A stretch of DNA of 64,000 bases. Source: Euglena gracilis (Eukaryota). The position numbers and the translations under genes are program-made. Shown here in pieces: positions 1 through 12,777 of this stretch. The stretch lies in contig CP154954.1 of NCBI GenBank assembly GCA_039621445.1, positions 15,766,140-15,830,139 of the forward strand. Reading direction: 5' to 3'. Position 1 is the stretch's first letter. Each line of letters opens with the position of its first letter. The notes under the pieces were generated by a model. That model was not told the origin of the DNA, did not search any database, and worked only from the letters and a program-made list of their open reading frames with translations.

Positions 1-222
1 AAGGCGAAGAAGGCCAGATAACAGGGTATTTACAAGAAGTTTACGTTTATGTCCATTCATGTGAGTATGTGTATATGCCGCCTTTTGAATGGTAATGTTA
101 TGCAGCTGTGAAGTCATCTGTATGATCACGTGCGGGTGACAAAGCATATGTGCGTCCGCTGCCTGTCGTGTGACAGGTATCCTGCTCGGCTGCTTCGAAT
201 TCATGCATGTGCTTTCCTCCAG

Positions 223-333
223 CGGTATTTTAACGGAATTCAGCTGTGCAGGCAGTTGCAAAAATACACTCCCCCTTCTCCCAGCGACATCACGACGTGG
301 AAAGAGCGGCTGCGGCATTATGCTCTCACGAAG
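223..333 (+). CDS. Probable internal exon of + strand host gene A (RYFNGIQLCRQ...HYALTK)
   Basis: Pyrimidine tract plus CAG acceptor, 37 open codons, joins in phase 0 to the exon at 2270. No GT donor; the intron ends show partial complementarity. Confidence 0.45.
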
Positions 334-782
334 CACGCCTTAGTGGATGGTCCCATGTTTGTTGCGCAGGTGTGTGTTTTAGTGTCGCGTTGTGTTTCGA
401 CAGCGACTTTGAAGTCCGTAAATTTTGTGTCTCTCTTTGGCTGCTGACGTTTGCATCTGTTTCTGTCCTGTTGTTTCCTTCCTGCTGAGCCGCTGTAACC
501 GAAGCGGCGTTTCAGTTGGAGAGGACCCCATTGCCCTGCGGGTTCAAGCCAACCACCAGCTTGTGTGAAAGTGACCCACTTTTGCGTTTGAAAGTGGAAA
601 ATGTGAATTCGCTTCGGCACAACCCTGACCTGAGTGAAGTTCAACACCTTTTGAACGAGATGGTGTCCATTTTTCCCCAAAATGTCACCTGAATCGATGA
701 GTTTGCAAGAAAAGTTTTTTGGTTCTTAAGATTTTTTCCCGCCAGCAACCTTTTTCCAAAGCTGGACCCCATCCTCTATCAG

Positions 783-1574
783 CAGGGGGGGGGGGAATGC
801 GCTGCGGATTGTTCCGCATTTTTGCGCATTTTTTTGTGCATTTTTGTCAATTTTTCAAAAATGAGCATTTTTTGCACATTTTTGCGCATTTTTTTGCGCA
901 TTTTTTGCACACACCCCCCATTTTTGCACATTTTCCATTCTTTGGGCATTTTTTGCCCAATTTTGCACATTTTCCAATTTTGCTCATTTTTTTTGCGCAT
1001 TTTTGTCAATTTTTCAAAAATGCGCATTTTTTTGCGCATTTTTTGCACATTTTCCCCCCATTTTTTGCACATTTTCCATTTTTTGGACATTTTTTGCGCA
1101 TTTTTTGCACAATTTTCCATTTATGCGCATTTTCCACCCAAATCACATGCTCACCGAACCCATTTTCGCACTTTTTTTCCACCCAAGGGACCCGCCTCAA
1201 GAGAAAACCCTTGGATGATGAGGTGTGTGTACTCATCCAATGACGATGAGGACACTAGGGGTTTCAGAGACCCCACATTGACACGTAACCAAGGCAGGAA
1301 TCCCACTCCCCTGGTCACAAGTAAGGGGCACCATTGCTGACATTGTTGGTTATGGTGAACGGAGAGTGACGCCTTGGTCATGCATTTTTTGGCCAAAATG
1401 CCTTAATTTCAGCTTTTTTAGGTGATTTTGGTTTAATTTTGGGTTTATTGTTGGAAATTTTTCTAAGTCCTTTTTCCCTTAGGAATGACACAAACTCAGC
1501 GCATTTTTTTGCGCATTTTTTTGCGCATTTTTGCGCATTTTTCCCGAGGGCCGTCCAGCGCATTTCCCCCCCTG
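783..1574. mobile_element. MITE-like element with internal TTTTGCGCATTTT tandem repeats
   Basis: Ends CAGGGGG..AATGCGCTG and CAGCGCATTTCCCCCCCTG are inverted repeats, flanked by direct repeat TATCAG (777-782 and 1575-1580). Confidence 0.7.
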
Positions 1575-2269
1575 TATCAGCGAATTTTATTTTTTGCCCA
1601 CCCCCCCAAATAACAGAGGGTGGTTGGCGCCCCCAAATTGTCCCCTGCAACGTTTTTTATTTGTCTATTTCTCCCTTGCTCCGTTATTTAGAAAACCCCA
1701 TAAATTACGTTTTCTTCAGATAATCTGGTACCCAAATATTATAAAATATTCTCTTTATTGTTTGTATTGAATTTTATGTTTCTATTTGTCAGATGGCAAA
1801 GCAGTCTGTCCTTTCTGTGTTACACCTGCTGATTTTCCGGAAAGATTTTAATGTGTCATTGGAGGTGAAAAAATCTTTGGACATCTCTGCCGTATCTGTT
1901 GCAGGACGGCAACAACCAAGGGAACCGCAAAGTTATTAGCAGATTTTGTTTGTTTCGAAGGGACAACGATTGTGCAAAATAAGATGAGAATGGGTTGATG
2001 ATGAGATGCATAGCCGAATAACGGGTTAAAAATAATTTGCATAATTTGCTGATATCCGATGCCCTGGCCGAAGTTAAAGGTTAACGTGTTGATGTAATAT
2101 TAATATTATATTTAATATCATATGTAATATAAGTGTTACATTCACCCTCACACAGGCACATTTATACTAAAAAAAATATGAAGACGGATTTCAAGCGGGA
2201 AAATAAAACCCACATTGAGCTCTCGGACCCCCCTCATCCCGCTCCACACCTCACCACTCCTTGGCGCAG

Positions 2270-2438
2270 CTCAAAGACGGGCCATGCAACCCGCAGCTGC
2301 TGGGGATCCAGTCCGGCAAGGCCGACTCGGTCCCCGGCCGGGACGCGGACAGCGAGGACGAGGAGGAGGAAGACCCCACCGCGGTCTCGGAGGTGCCCGC
2401 CGGGTGGTGGGACGAGTGCGACACCCAAGTCGTTCTGG
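2270..2438 (+). CDS. Exon of host gene A (LKDGPCNPQLL...DSEDEEEED...TQVVL)
   Basis: GC-rich coding-like island with a CAG acceptor. The GT donor is phase 1 and matches the next exon at 3281. Confidence 0.7.
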
Positions 2439-3116
2439 GTGTGCCTCGGAAGATCCACTGGGAAGGGAAGGGGAGCGGGGTTCCGGGCCAACAGCCAAAC
2501 CCAGAGTTTCATGTGCAAGATGGAAATTCTTCGAAAGCAAATGCCAAAGTTGATCTGGTAATGGCGTTTTTACCACCTGAAAAGAATTGGCGCAACAACC
2601 CCAAAGTTGTTCAAATAAGGTCAAAGGTGGTAAAAGTTTATTTTTAATTGTAGACGCTATGCCCCCCCGTGATTTGGCGACCCTGGGGGGTATTAAAGGG
2701 GCTGTCCCCACTCCCACAGCATGTTGGGGTCCGGGATGGTATTTATTTCCAACCCAATCCTTTCTTTGAACCTGGCCGCCCAAAAATTCCCCCCCCCCAA
2801 AAAGAGATTGAAACCTCAATCGGCACACAACCCACACTCCCAAGAAATACATTTTATAAAATCTGTTTTTTTTTGGACCTACAACTCTGTGCCCTTCGCA
2901 AAGGTCATAGAGTTGGCTGGGAGTCCTGGTTTGATGCCAGAGCGGAAGCTCCTTTGGAGTCATTCCATTTCATTTTATTTGAGAAATGCTCTTTGCTGCC
3001 TCATGCATGAGGGTGGGGGATGGGGGGAGGTGGAAGGAAATGTAATTTGTTGCTTTTTTTTGTGCTTCTGGTGTTGGTTTTTGCGTGGTATGTGGATCGG
3101 TCGGTGGGTGGGTGAA

Positions 3117-3155
3117 TGTGTGTGTGTGTGTGTGTGCTTGTGTGTGTGTGTGTGT

Positions 3156-3202
<47 letters not shown>

Positions 3203-3231
3203 CTTCTGTGTGTGTGTGTGTGTGTGTGTGC

Positions 3232-3267
<36 letters not shown>
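3117..3267. repeat. (TG)n microsatellite
   Basis: Directly visible. Confidence 0.95.
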
Positions 3268-3270
<3 letters not shown>

Positions 3271-3280
3271 GACTCTGCAG

Positions 3281-3438
3281 GCGTGGTGTTGGCGTTCCGG
3301 CCGAACGGGCGCACCACTTTCAAGTCCCTGCAGAAGGTGCTGCAGGTGTCGTACCTGCGGAGTCTCTACGCCCGCATCGTGGCCACCCACAACACCCTCG
3401 AGGCGTTCATCCTCGCCCACCAGACCGTGTTCAACAAG
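3281..3438 (+). CDS. Exon of host gene A (GVVLAFRPNGR...HQTVFNK)
   Basis: AG/GT boundaries, GC3-rich codons, phases compatible with both neighbouring exons. Confidence 0.8.
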
Positions 3439-4087
3439 GTGTCTGCCACATGTAGCCCCCCCCCCCCCCCCCCCCGGGTTTCCCGCCAAAAATCCAAATT
3501 ACAGCACCCCACCCCCCTGCAGGTAGGTCCACACATTTGACTGAGAATTGGTCAAAAAAACACGGAAGGAAAACTTGCAACATCTGGTCGAAAATAGGTG
3601 CATTTCGGGAAAAGAATTGACATGTGGCATCCTCGTTCCAGGGTCCTCAACCCATAACATGAAAAGTCACTTTTTTCAACTTTCTTTTAAAACCCCGTTC
3701 GATCCCTGCAGCAGTCCCAGTAACAATGTCCCAGTAACATTTTGGGTAACCAATCCAGAAGCCCCCCCCCCCCCGTCGTATTTTCCTCGGTGCAACCAAA
3801 TTGTAGCCCCAGGGGGGTTTCCAATTGGGGGGGGGGGTAGGTCAAAAATTTACAAGCGAACCATTATTATCACGGCAGGCTTTTGCACATGCATATGCAA
3901 AGAAAATGAAGAATTGACAACGTTTTTTTGAACTGTTTGCGATGCTATTTGCCCTTTTTCTTCTTGCGTGGTTTCTTTCTTTTTATGTTTCTTTCTGCAA
4001 GTTCCCGATCGGCATATGCGATGCTTGCTTCTCGAGAGGTATGCCATTTTGTTCTTTCCAGCTTTTGCTTCCCAAATTCCGCCCCAG

Positions 4088-4161
4088 GTCAGCGAAACGA
4101 AGCTGCGACTGCGCAAACCCCGTGAGGACGTAATCCAGAGCAGGCAGTTGCACAGCCCGCG
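4088..4161 (+). CDS. Exon of host gene A (VSETKLRLRKPREDVIQSRQLHSPR)
   Basis: CAG acceptor in phase 0 matching the donor after 3438; GT donor at 4162. Confidence 0.65.
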
Positions 4162-4316
4162 GTGCACTGTGTTCTTTTGGTGACGTGGGGATAAATGGCA
4201 GGGCCAGGCATGGGCGGCAGTGTGGGTTCTGCACAATATAGACCCTCTGGAACCACAACTGTGCAAACGCCGAGAATGGTTTTTTTTTATGCACGCATCC
4301 TTGAGTGTCTTGGGGT

Positions 4317-4631
4317 CAGGGTTTTTTTTAAATCTTGGACCCCCAAGATGAAAAATTACTCTTGGACCCCCAAGGGGGAGGGGGGGTTTAGGGTGGGTCT
4401 GGCTGAGCCCCCCCCCCCTCCCGGCGGGGTCCCCAGGGGGGGGGGATATACTTTTCAGCGCCAAAAGCGCCGAAAATTTTTGAAAAGGTGCTATTTTAGC
4501 ATTTTTTTCGATTTTTTTGTCCATTTTCGGGTGAAAGTGAGAGGGTCCCCCGGGACCCCCCCGGGCCCCACAGGCCCCCCCCCCTCAGGGGGTGGGTGGC
4601 CCCCCCCCCCCGGTCTTAAAAAGAAACCCTG
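4317..4631. mobile_element. hAT-like MITE
   Basis: TIR CAGGGTTT..TTAA / TTAAAAAGAAACCCTG. Flanks CTTGGGGT / CTTGGGGGT are an 8-bp TSD with one extra G. Confidence 0.8.
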
Positions 4632-5850
4632 CTTGGGGGTTCATTGGTCGTTGCTGGCCTAGTCTTTTCCGATCCATTTTATTCCTCCATTCCCACCCCT
4701 GGACTTTTTTTTTTGAGCTGAAGAGGACCCGGGATCGCACCCGCCGGCTGACTGCCCAATCTTATGGACCGTAAGGAAATTTGTCCCCAAGCCCTGGGGG
4801 TCCAGCCAACCAACAGCCTTTCCCCAGCCCCGAACCCCCCCCCCCCATCGGCGAGTTTTACTTATTTTGCAGCCACCCCCATGTGAGAGGAGGATGGGTC
4901 AACCAGCCGCCTTTTCCCAATGCCCCAAATTTTCCCCTTGCCCCAATTTTCTGACCTCTGTGCTGAATCCGGTGTTTCGTAGGGCCTGATTACTTGATGC
5001 CCCGCTGATTTTTGCTTGAGTGGCAACCCAGCAACCACCATTTTGGGCTATTTGGATAGATTTTGGGGTGATTTTGGAGGTATTTCCAACCTGGCCGCCA
5101 GCAGAGAGCCCCCTCCCCCTCCCCTGCCCCTCGTCTCACCCCCCCCCCGACCCGGCATTTGTTATCCAGCCAGCTGGCTGGAACCTCCGGGGGCAGGGCT
5201 GTCATATGGAATTGAAACCTTGTGGGTGGTTCCCCGCCCCTAACCAGGCCTTCCCATACTTTCCATACTTCCAGGGGGCCCCAATTTTCAGGTCAAAAGA
5301 ATTTCTGAGTGGTGCCATGGTGGGAAGAAAGGTTGACCCCCTTACAGCCCTGCCATTGGAGTTTTGTTTTGAACTCTGCAGAAAAATGGCCCCAAAAAAT
5401 GGCCAAAAAATGGGCAAAAAAGGTCAGAAAGGGGCTGCTGCCCAATGGTTTAGGGGGGCCCAGGGGCGGCCTTCAGCGTCGCGGTCCTCGCCCCCGGACT
5501 CCCCTAACTCTTGGCCTAGACACAATTCTTGACACAAAGGGTATTCTGTACTGTTTCTGTGCTGTTTCTGTATTGTTTTCAGCACTGTTTTCTGCACTGT
5601 TTTCAGCTCATCCAGCCCCCTCCCCCAAAAACCACATAAACACCCTCGTCTCCACCTCCGCACGCAGCGGAGATTCTTTTCGGCCGAGGGCCCCCCGGAA
5701 ATCCCCCCGGGGAGGTCCAGACAGAGTTTTTTTTTTCTGGTGGCCGGCAAACTGGACAGCCATTGGACCCCCCAGGGGCTTGTGTGCAGGTTCAATTTTT
5801 TTTTGGTTTGCCCCCGGTTCGGGACCAGTGCCCCCCCCAACCCCCCCCAG

Positions 5851-5965
5851 CCCCCCCCCGCCGCCCGCGACCGCCTGGGGCCGAGCCTGGCCGCCACCGC
5901 GGCGCTGCCGCCCCCGCCGATGCCGACGCAGCGGGTGCTGGAGGTGCTGGACCAGCGGCTGCAGC
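5851..5965 (+). CDS. Exon of host gene A (PPPAARDRLG...VLEVLDQRLQ)
   Basis: CAG acceptor and GC-rich coding frame; the 3' boundary is a non-GT intron start. Confidence 0.65.
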
Positions 5966-6535
5966 CCCCAGGGCGGCGCGGGGACCCCGCCCACCCCCAG
6001 CCACCACCCCACGGTGTCGGGTTCGGGGGCCGCCGAAGGACAGAGGGGCGGGGGCCCCCCCCCCCCGTGTGCTTTCAGCCCAAAATGAGCGTTTTTCGAC
6101 CCCCCCCCCTGTCCCCCGTTTTTGGCCCGAAACCCATGGAGTTTGGGTCATTTCCGGGTCAAAGAAGTCTAAAAAAGCGGGAAAAAAATTGCCCGAAACG
6201 ATGTTTTTTTTTGGCCTCCCAGACCCGGAAACCCTGTTTTTTGAGCCGAAAATGAGCGTTTTTGAAACCCCCCATCGCCCCCCCCCCCCGTCTTCTGGTC
6301 TGGCGCTGTTGTTCGCCTCTGGCCCTGCTTGTCTGTGCACGTGGAGGTGGATGGGTGCCTCCCTCCCCCCCCCCCCTCCCCGCTTTCCCGGGACTTTGCC
6401 GATTTTTTGATGGTCGACGTTTTCCTTTGGCGCCGAGGGAATTCTTCCGGTGCTGTGGTGCAGGGGGGAGCGGGGGGGGGGTGGCGGGCGCCCCCCCCCC
6501 CCCCCCCCCGGGCCTGCCCGCCCCGCCCTGCCAGC
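5966..6535 (+). other. Non-conventional (stem-closed) intron
   Basis: 5' cccCAGGGCGGCGCGGG pairs 13/14 with 3' CCCGCCCCGCCCTGccagc. Removal gives in-frame LQ-RLT. No GT at the donor. Confidence 0.7.
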
Positions 6536-6616
6536 GCCTGACGGCCGCCGCGGAGGCCCAGCCGGCCGCCGTGCCGCCTCGCCTCTCCGCCGCCGCCCTC
6601 TTGGGCCAGGCCTGGG
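6536..6616 (+). CDS. Exon of host gene A (RLTAAAEAQPAAVPPRLSAAALLGQAW); 3' end approximate
   Basis: In-frame continuation of the previous exon. The following intron (~6615-7210) also has complementary ends (GGCCAGCCC.. / ..GGGCTGTCC). Confidence 0.6.
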
Positions 6617-7210
6617 CCAGCCCGCCCAAACCGTTGTTGAACGCCGGAAATGCCCCCCCCCCCCGGCCCAAGCCCCAGGGTTCGATCAGAAGGGTGGTGC
6701 AGTGACGTGGGACAGCGAATCAGGGAATTAGGGGGTTTAGGGATTTTTAAACAGGAAAAATCAAAAAAACGGTGCTTAAGGCTTTTTATGCCCTTTTTTA
6801 GGGAAAATTGAAAATTATATTTTCCAAGTGTGGTCCAAGGGCTGTCCGGGCATCGAATGGGGCTCAAACGCAAAAAAACCAAATTATTCTCGAGTTTAGG
6901 AGGATAGACAATTTCCCAGCGATTCCAGAAAGCATTTTTTCCTGGAGTTGGTTTGTTTTTATCGACATTTTTGCGACTTCATTTTTATTCGCTCGGAAAA
7001 AAAATTCCAAATGGTTTTTTAAGGGTTTTTAAGGTATTTTTTTTGAGGCCTCTTGGGCCGAAAATGTCCCTCTCCCAACCCCTTAGTCACAGGGAGGGGA
7101 ATTCCGGGTCTCCCAGATGGCTTCATGCCATACCCTGGGTGCCCCCTCCTTCCCCCCCCCCATCAGAGTGAGCAAATGGCGGATTCTCAATAATTTCGGG
7201 GGCTGTCCGG

Positions 7211-8477
7211 GCGGGTAGCCCCGGGTGGCTGCAATTCGTGAAGCCGCCCCAACTCTGCGCTCCATTCCGATCGCCCCCCCCCCCCCACACCGGGCAGCGG
7301 CCGCGCCTGCCGGCCAACTTCCCCACCCAGGCTCCATTGGCCCCGCGAACCCCATCGATGAGCTCCCGCGCCAGCTCCGAGGGCTGGTCCGGGCTGCCGC
7401 CCAGGGCCGCCGGGGGTATCGGACCGTCAGGTTGTGTGTGGGGTTGGACCAGAGTCCCGTTTGCCAGTTTTTTTGGGGCTCGAATGTTTCCTTCAGTGCC
7501 GAAGGGATTTCTCCTTCCTCGGTGTCGTCAGTGACATCGACATTGTTCCTCGGTGGGGTTCCGATCCCCCCACCCCACTTCCCGCACAGATCAGAAACCC
7601 CCACCACCACAACGCCACAAACGCCACAACACGCCACAACACGCCACGACACGACACACCACACCACACCACACCACACCACACCACACCACACCACACC
7701 ACACCACAACACCACACAACACAACACAACACAATAAAACACAACACAACACAACACAACACGCCCACCTCAGGCACCCTCTTCGGTGTCGCACATGACA
7801 CATCAAAAACTCCCTGCGACAGCACTCAACCCCCACCGCCAGCGTCGCCCGACCCCAGGTCAGGCCCAGTTCCAGCCAGGGGACGCCCATCAGGGGTGGA
7901 GGGGAAGCAGCCTTTTTCTGCCAATCCCATATTTCTCAGCCTGTCTGAGGTTAGCGTCCCTCAACGGCCTCCCCCTCCAAGTGGGGGGGGGTTGCTGAGC
8001 GACGCCCTGTACAGCGTGGCCCCCAGCCGCTCTGCCCGCGTCCCCGGCGGCGGCCCCCTCCAAGGTGCAGAAGCTGGAGGCGAAGCTGGGGGCCATGGTG
8101 CTGCACGCCCTGCGGGACGCGCAGGGCCGGCCGGGACCCCCGCCAACCAACCCGGTGGGTGGTGGCCAAGCACCAACGAAATGACTGGGCATGACTGGGG
8201 CGTGACTGGGGCGTGACTGGGGCGTGACTGGGGCGTGACTGGGGCGTGACCGGGCGTGACTGGGTCTGACCATCTGGGTGACCACAGGTGCTTGGTGAAG
8301 GAGGGGTCAGCCCTCCCCCCCCCACCGGGCCTTCCCAGGCCGCCCTGGGGCCGAGGCGCGCAAGGCAGAGGCGGAGAGCCCGACGCCCTCGTGCCGCAGC
8401 AGCAGCAGCGGCACGCGCACCAGCGGCCGCAGCTCGCAGCGTCTCGCCCTGTCGCCCACGGCGGAGGCCTCGCACCG
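7211..8477 (+). CDS. Region containing further candidate exons of gene A (~7211-7420, 7774-7858, ~8015-8124, ~8339-8477); boundaries unresolved
   Basis: GC-rich open islands, e.g. VQKLEAKLGAMVLHALRDAQ. 7774-7858 has AG/GT ends. Confidence 0.4.
7600..7761. repeat. (CACAC/CACAA)n pentanucleotide microsatellite
   Basis: Directly visible. Confidence 0.9.
8182..8264. repeat. 11-bp tandem repeat (TGACTGGGGCG)n
   Basis: About 8 units including variants. Confidence 0.9.
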
Positions 8478-10959
8478 TGGGCGTTGTGCGCTGTGCAGGG
8501 CAGAAGTTGGTTTCCGTTGGAGTTGCGCCTGATTTGCCAGTTTTCAAAGCCCCCACCGCCCGTTGTGCTCCCTAGTTTTAGTTCTTGACACTCGTTGGAG
8601 AATGATGGTTTGCCAGGCCAAAATACATACAAAAATAATGCAAAGGTGCCAGAGGGGTCAAAAATCCATCACTGAATCTTGTTTACCCTGGTGCAACCAC
8701 CTCATCTCCTCTCAGCATCCCCCCTGCTGCACTTTGATCCAAACTTTTCTAAGCATTTTTGACACAAATTTGCCCAAAGAGGTCCCAAAATTGCATTCCC
8801 GAGTTTCAGCCCGGCGCTCTGAAGCAGGTATACATTCAGTAATTTTGTTCATGCCGCTGAACCACTGTTTTAGCGGGGTACCTGGATCCCCCCAGTGGGG
8901 TTGAACCCACTGTCCCTACATCAAGCCCTGCCCATCCCACCCCCCTGTGTGGCCAAATTGCAGCATGAGAGGCGCCCAAATCTAAGTGTTATATCTATTA
9001 TGCACTGCAATTATTTTGAGCCCTCCAAATGTTTTAACGGAAATGGTGACAGAAAATGTCATGTGTTGTCGAAGTATTTTCAGGAATAATTTTGCTGTAT
9101 TTTGCTGTTTGCAACAATTCTTTTTCAGGAAAGAAAGGTATTATCAAGAAAATCACAATGTATTGAGACACATCGTCTCAACATGCTTCCATAATTTGAA
9201 TAAAAAGAGGTGATTTGATTGAAATGCATTAATACCCCCTCTGATTTACCTGGTCGCCATGAGTGGCTCTCCTGGTCTGGTGCCATGGATTCACTCAACA
9301 CCTGTGTAACCCCCCAGGGGGTTGTCAAGAGTGAGTCGGTGGGTTGGGGCCCGTGGACCCCCCCCCCCGCGGTGCGCCTTGGGTCAGGTTTTTGTCTGGC
9401 CAAAGGCTGAGCCGGAAGATTTTCGGCGTTTTCGGCCGATTTTGGCAGGTGTTTTTTAAGGTGGGTGTGTGAGTGGTTGACCCCCCGCAGGGGGGGGGGT
9501 CGTGGCTGGGTGGGTTTTCGAAAAAAGTGGGTAGGGGGGCTTTGTCCTTGGAAAAGTGCCCCCTCTGGGGGTCACCAAGTAAATCTATGTCTGGTACACA
9601 AGAAATTTTCTTTGGGAACCATAACAACGTTTAAAATCCCATACCTCTTGAGAGAACCACATTTTCTTCCGGAACAAAAATATGGGAAATATTAAAAAAT
9701 CAAATAAATAATAAATATATTAAATTTTCAATGGTTCTCCACTTCAAGAAAGCCTCGTGGTCATTTTCCTTTGTTGGTCTATTTTGGGGGTGGAACTCTT
9801 CAAATTTTTTCCGGTGGAGGGTGTGTGCGGAGGGGCAACGATTTTTCAGCCCTCGTGAATACAGCGGTACGTTATTGGGGGTGTTGTGTTTGATTCTCTT
9901 TCAAAAATGTCTATTGCTGGCCCGCGGGATGGGGATGGGAGAGGTTGACCTTCACATTCATCTTCTCACCCCAAAGCTTGGCCGCCGCCGTGCGCCGATT
10001 CTCAACGGGCCCCTGAGCCAGTCAGACACCCAGGCACCCCCCTTCCTCCCCCGTGTCCTTTTGATGTGCAAGCAACCTTATCGCTGGGTGTGCACTGTGT
10101 TTTGTCAGTCTGGCGTTGTGCCCTGCCCTGTCCTGTCAGCCCAATCGATCGCAGGCACACCACTTCAACATGCACTGCAACGCAAACACCCACGTTCATT
10201 CGTTTTCGGCAAAACAATGAAACCCTTCACCAATGAGCTGCATTTTTCGTGTTTTCGACAACCCAAATCGACAGTGGCAACTTCATTCAAACCAATATGT
10301 GTATTGTTTGCAGACAAAGCGGCAGCCTTGCATTCCTGCCTCCCCCCCCCCCCCGGGTTGACGGCGTTTGACGGGGTTCGACGATTTTTCGCGCTTCTGT
10401 GATTTTCAGGCGAAGGGTTGGGACCATGGTTGACGCTAGGAATGGGTACCTTCAGGACCGCACGGGGGGGTCCACAGTGGCGGGGGGGGGGGCCCACACG
10501 ATAAAGCAAAAAGCCTGGGGGCGATGGTGATGGCGGTGGGATGGGGGGGGGGGGGGGCTCCACCCTCCCAACGCCCGTGACGGAGCGGCCCTGGCGGAGA
10601 GTCCAATCGGCCTGAAGCAGCTCTAAACTAGCTGGAGTTGCGAGGGGGGCCTCGCGGGACCAGCCTGGCGGGGGCCCGTGGCGTCACCAATGGTATACGC
10701 CAATGACCATCCAAGCTTTTCACCTGTTTGCAGACAAGCTTGCCAATTGTTTCGGGGTGTATTAGACTTTTTGAATCAAAAATTATTCACTGATTTTAAT
10801 GGATGTGACATGGTGTCTATGTTTATAACGGTATTTGAGAACAACGCAAATTGCCATGAGAGTGTTATAGTTTTTGAGCTATTTGCAGTGCGCACAGATG
10901 AATGAGTTAGAAATGGGTGATATCGTAGGTGCGATGGATTGAAGCAGGCGCAGGAGACT

Positions 10960-12500
10960 CGTGAAAGGCACACTGCGCTCATCTCTCGTGCTGGTTCTTG
11001 CGAAGGCCCGCCAGACGTGACATTCGGCGGCCCCCGCCCCCCCGCGGCCGCCAGAGGGGCCTCGGGAGGATCCAGCGATGAGTTGGCGACGACCCCACCG
11101 CCCCCTTCCCGGTGATGATGGGGGGCGGCACCCTACCATTTCTATGTGTTGTGGGCCCGGGGGGTGGCCTGGGGTGTGACCGCCCCGGGTCAGGGTTTAG
11201 CGCCGGAGGGAAGCCTCCGGGGGGTACAGCAGCCAGTACTTTTTTGCAGCAGCCGCCGGGGGGGGGGGCGACAGTTGGGCAGCTGGCGGGAAAGTGGGTG
11301 GGGGGAAAAATAATAACAGTTGTGTTAAAGCAAATGGCATCTTTGGGTAGACGTTGGTTGACCTCCATATTTTGGCTAAAAAAAATACCCAGCATTTGGG
11401 CTTTTTTTGCCTGCTTTTTGGGATACCAGCCAGGTCCAGTTTCCAGCTTTGGGACCCCCCCTCCAGACCCCCATCCCCTAACGGGGGGGGGGGGGGCAGC
11501 ACAGCACTTTTTCCCTCTTTTCATGCCCTCCAAAAACAAATTGTTTTTTGCACCTGGATGTGACATGGGTTGTCTCCATGGTTTATGTTATTGTATTTGG
11601 AAACAGCTCACATGTATGTGGATATCCGCCTGAAACAATAGGGTATTAGACTCTTTGAATGTTTAGGCGGAGCGTGGTCAGGTGCCGCGGTCATTACGCA
11701 CATCTCTGCGCCCGCGTGGGCGTCAACCAGTGCACGCGCCCGTGCAAGGAAGGGCAGACCTGAGAAGTTCTCTAACGTTTGCAGGCTTCCGCCGACGCCC
11801 TCAGACTGGACATTCCGCGCGGACAGGGCTGCCCCCCCAGAGGCCCCCCGCCGGCGGCTCGGAATCCGAGAGCGATGAGTTGGCGGACGACCCCACCGCC
11901 CCCTTCCCGGTGATGATGGGCACCTGGGGCCCGGGCACCCTAGTGCTTCGTGTGCCCCCCCAGGGGTGTGGTCGGGAGGGTGTCACATCAGGGCCTGTAC
12001 CGGCTGCAGGGGTTTTCTTTAGCCGGAGGGAAGACCCTCCCCTGGGGGGGGTACAGCCAGCCAGTACTTTTTTTCCCAGTCAGCAGCTGGGGGGGGGGGC
12101 GAAATGAAGTTGGGGCCAGCTCGGCAAAGTGGGGCTAGCCGGGCTGGAGCGAAGAAGAATAAACAGCGTGTTAAAAGCAACCCAAAATGGCATCTTTGGG
12201 TAGACGTTGGGTTTTGACCTCCATATTTTGGCTAAAAAAAATCCAACCCAGCTGGATTTTGGCTTTTTTGCCTGCTTTTGGGATACCAGCCAGGTCCAGT
12301 TTCCAGCTGGCGGGACCCCCCTCCAGACCCCCATCCCCTAACGGGGGGGGGGGCAGCATTTTTTCCCCCAGCCAGCACTTTTTTCATGCCCTCCAAAAAC
12401 AAACTGTTTTTTTTTGCACCTGGGATAAGGGGGACGCCACTGGAACATGGACATATTTTTTTCTTCGGATGTTTTTTGGCACACAGCTCACATCCGGATT
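10960..12500. repeat. Degenerate tandem duplication (~10960-11630 and ~11740-12500) including an exon-like segment
   Basis: Shared strings such as AGCGATGAGTTGGCG..CCCTTCCCGGTGATGATGGG and ATGGCATCTTTGGGTAGACGTTGG. Confidence 0.8.
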
Positions 12501-12777
12501 CCCTCCAGGGATTTTTCTTTTAAGTTTCGAACCGGGGGGGGGGTCGGTCGGTCTTCCGCCCCTCCCCAGGAGGTTAACCCCAAGGCCTCCCAGGGGGGGG
12601 GGGGGTGCCCCATTAGAGGTGGTTTTCTTTGACACTTTTGGCCACTTTTCGGTGCAAGCGCAAATTTTTCTTTTTTGGCACCAAAATTGTCCCCCAGAAA
12701 AGTGGGTTCCCCTGGGGGTGCCCCCTGGGTGGGCTCCAGCCGGCCCGCGAAACCCCAACCCCTTAAGAAAACCCCTG
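12007..12777. mobile_element. hAT-like MITE
   Basis: TIR CAGGGGTTTTCTT / AAGAAAACCCCTG. Perfect 8-bp TSD ACCGGCTG (11999-12006 and 12778-12785). Confidence 0.88.

Noticed and set aside
719-1340. F/H-rich ORFs up to 174 aa
   Set aside because: Translation of TTTTGCGCATTTT tandem repeats inside a MITE.
2721-3526. CV/HT-repeat ORFs (also at 7083-7890 and 63471-63993)
   Set aside because: Microsatellite translations.
8182-8264. Short repeat array as a possible CRISPR
   Set aside because: Tandem 11-mers without spacers, no cas genes, eukaryotic context.
10960-12500. Exon duplication as biological novelty (likewise 16940-18340)
   Set aside because: The copies differ mostly by scattered small indels, which resembles an unpolished long-read or assembly artefact. 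Cannot be trusted without reads.
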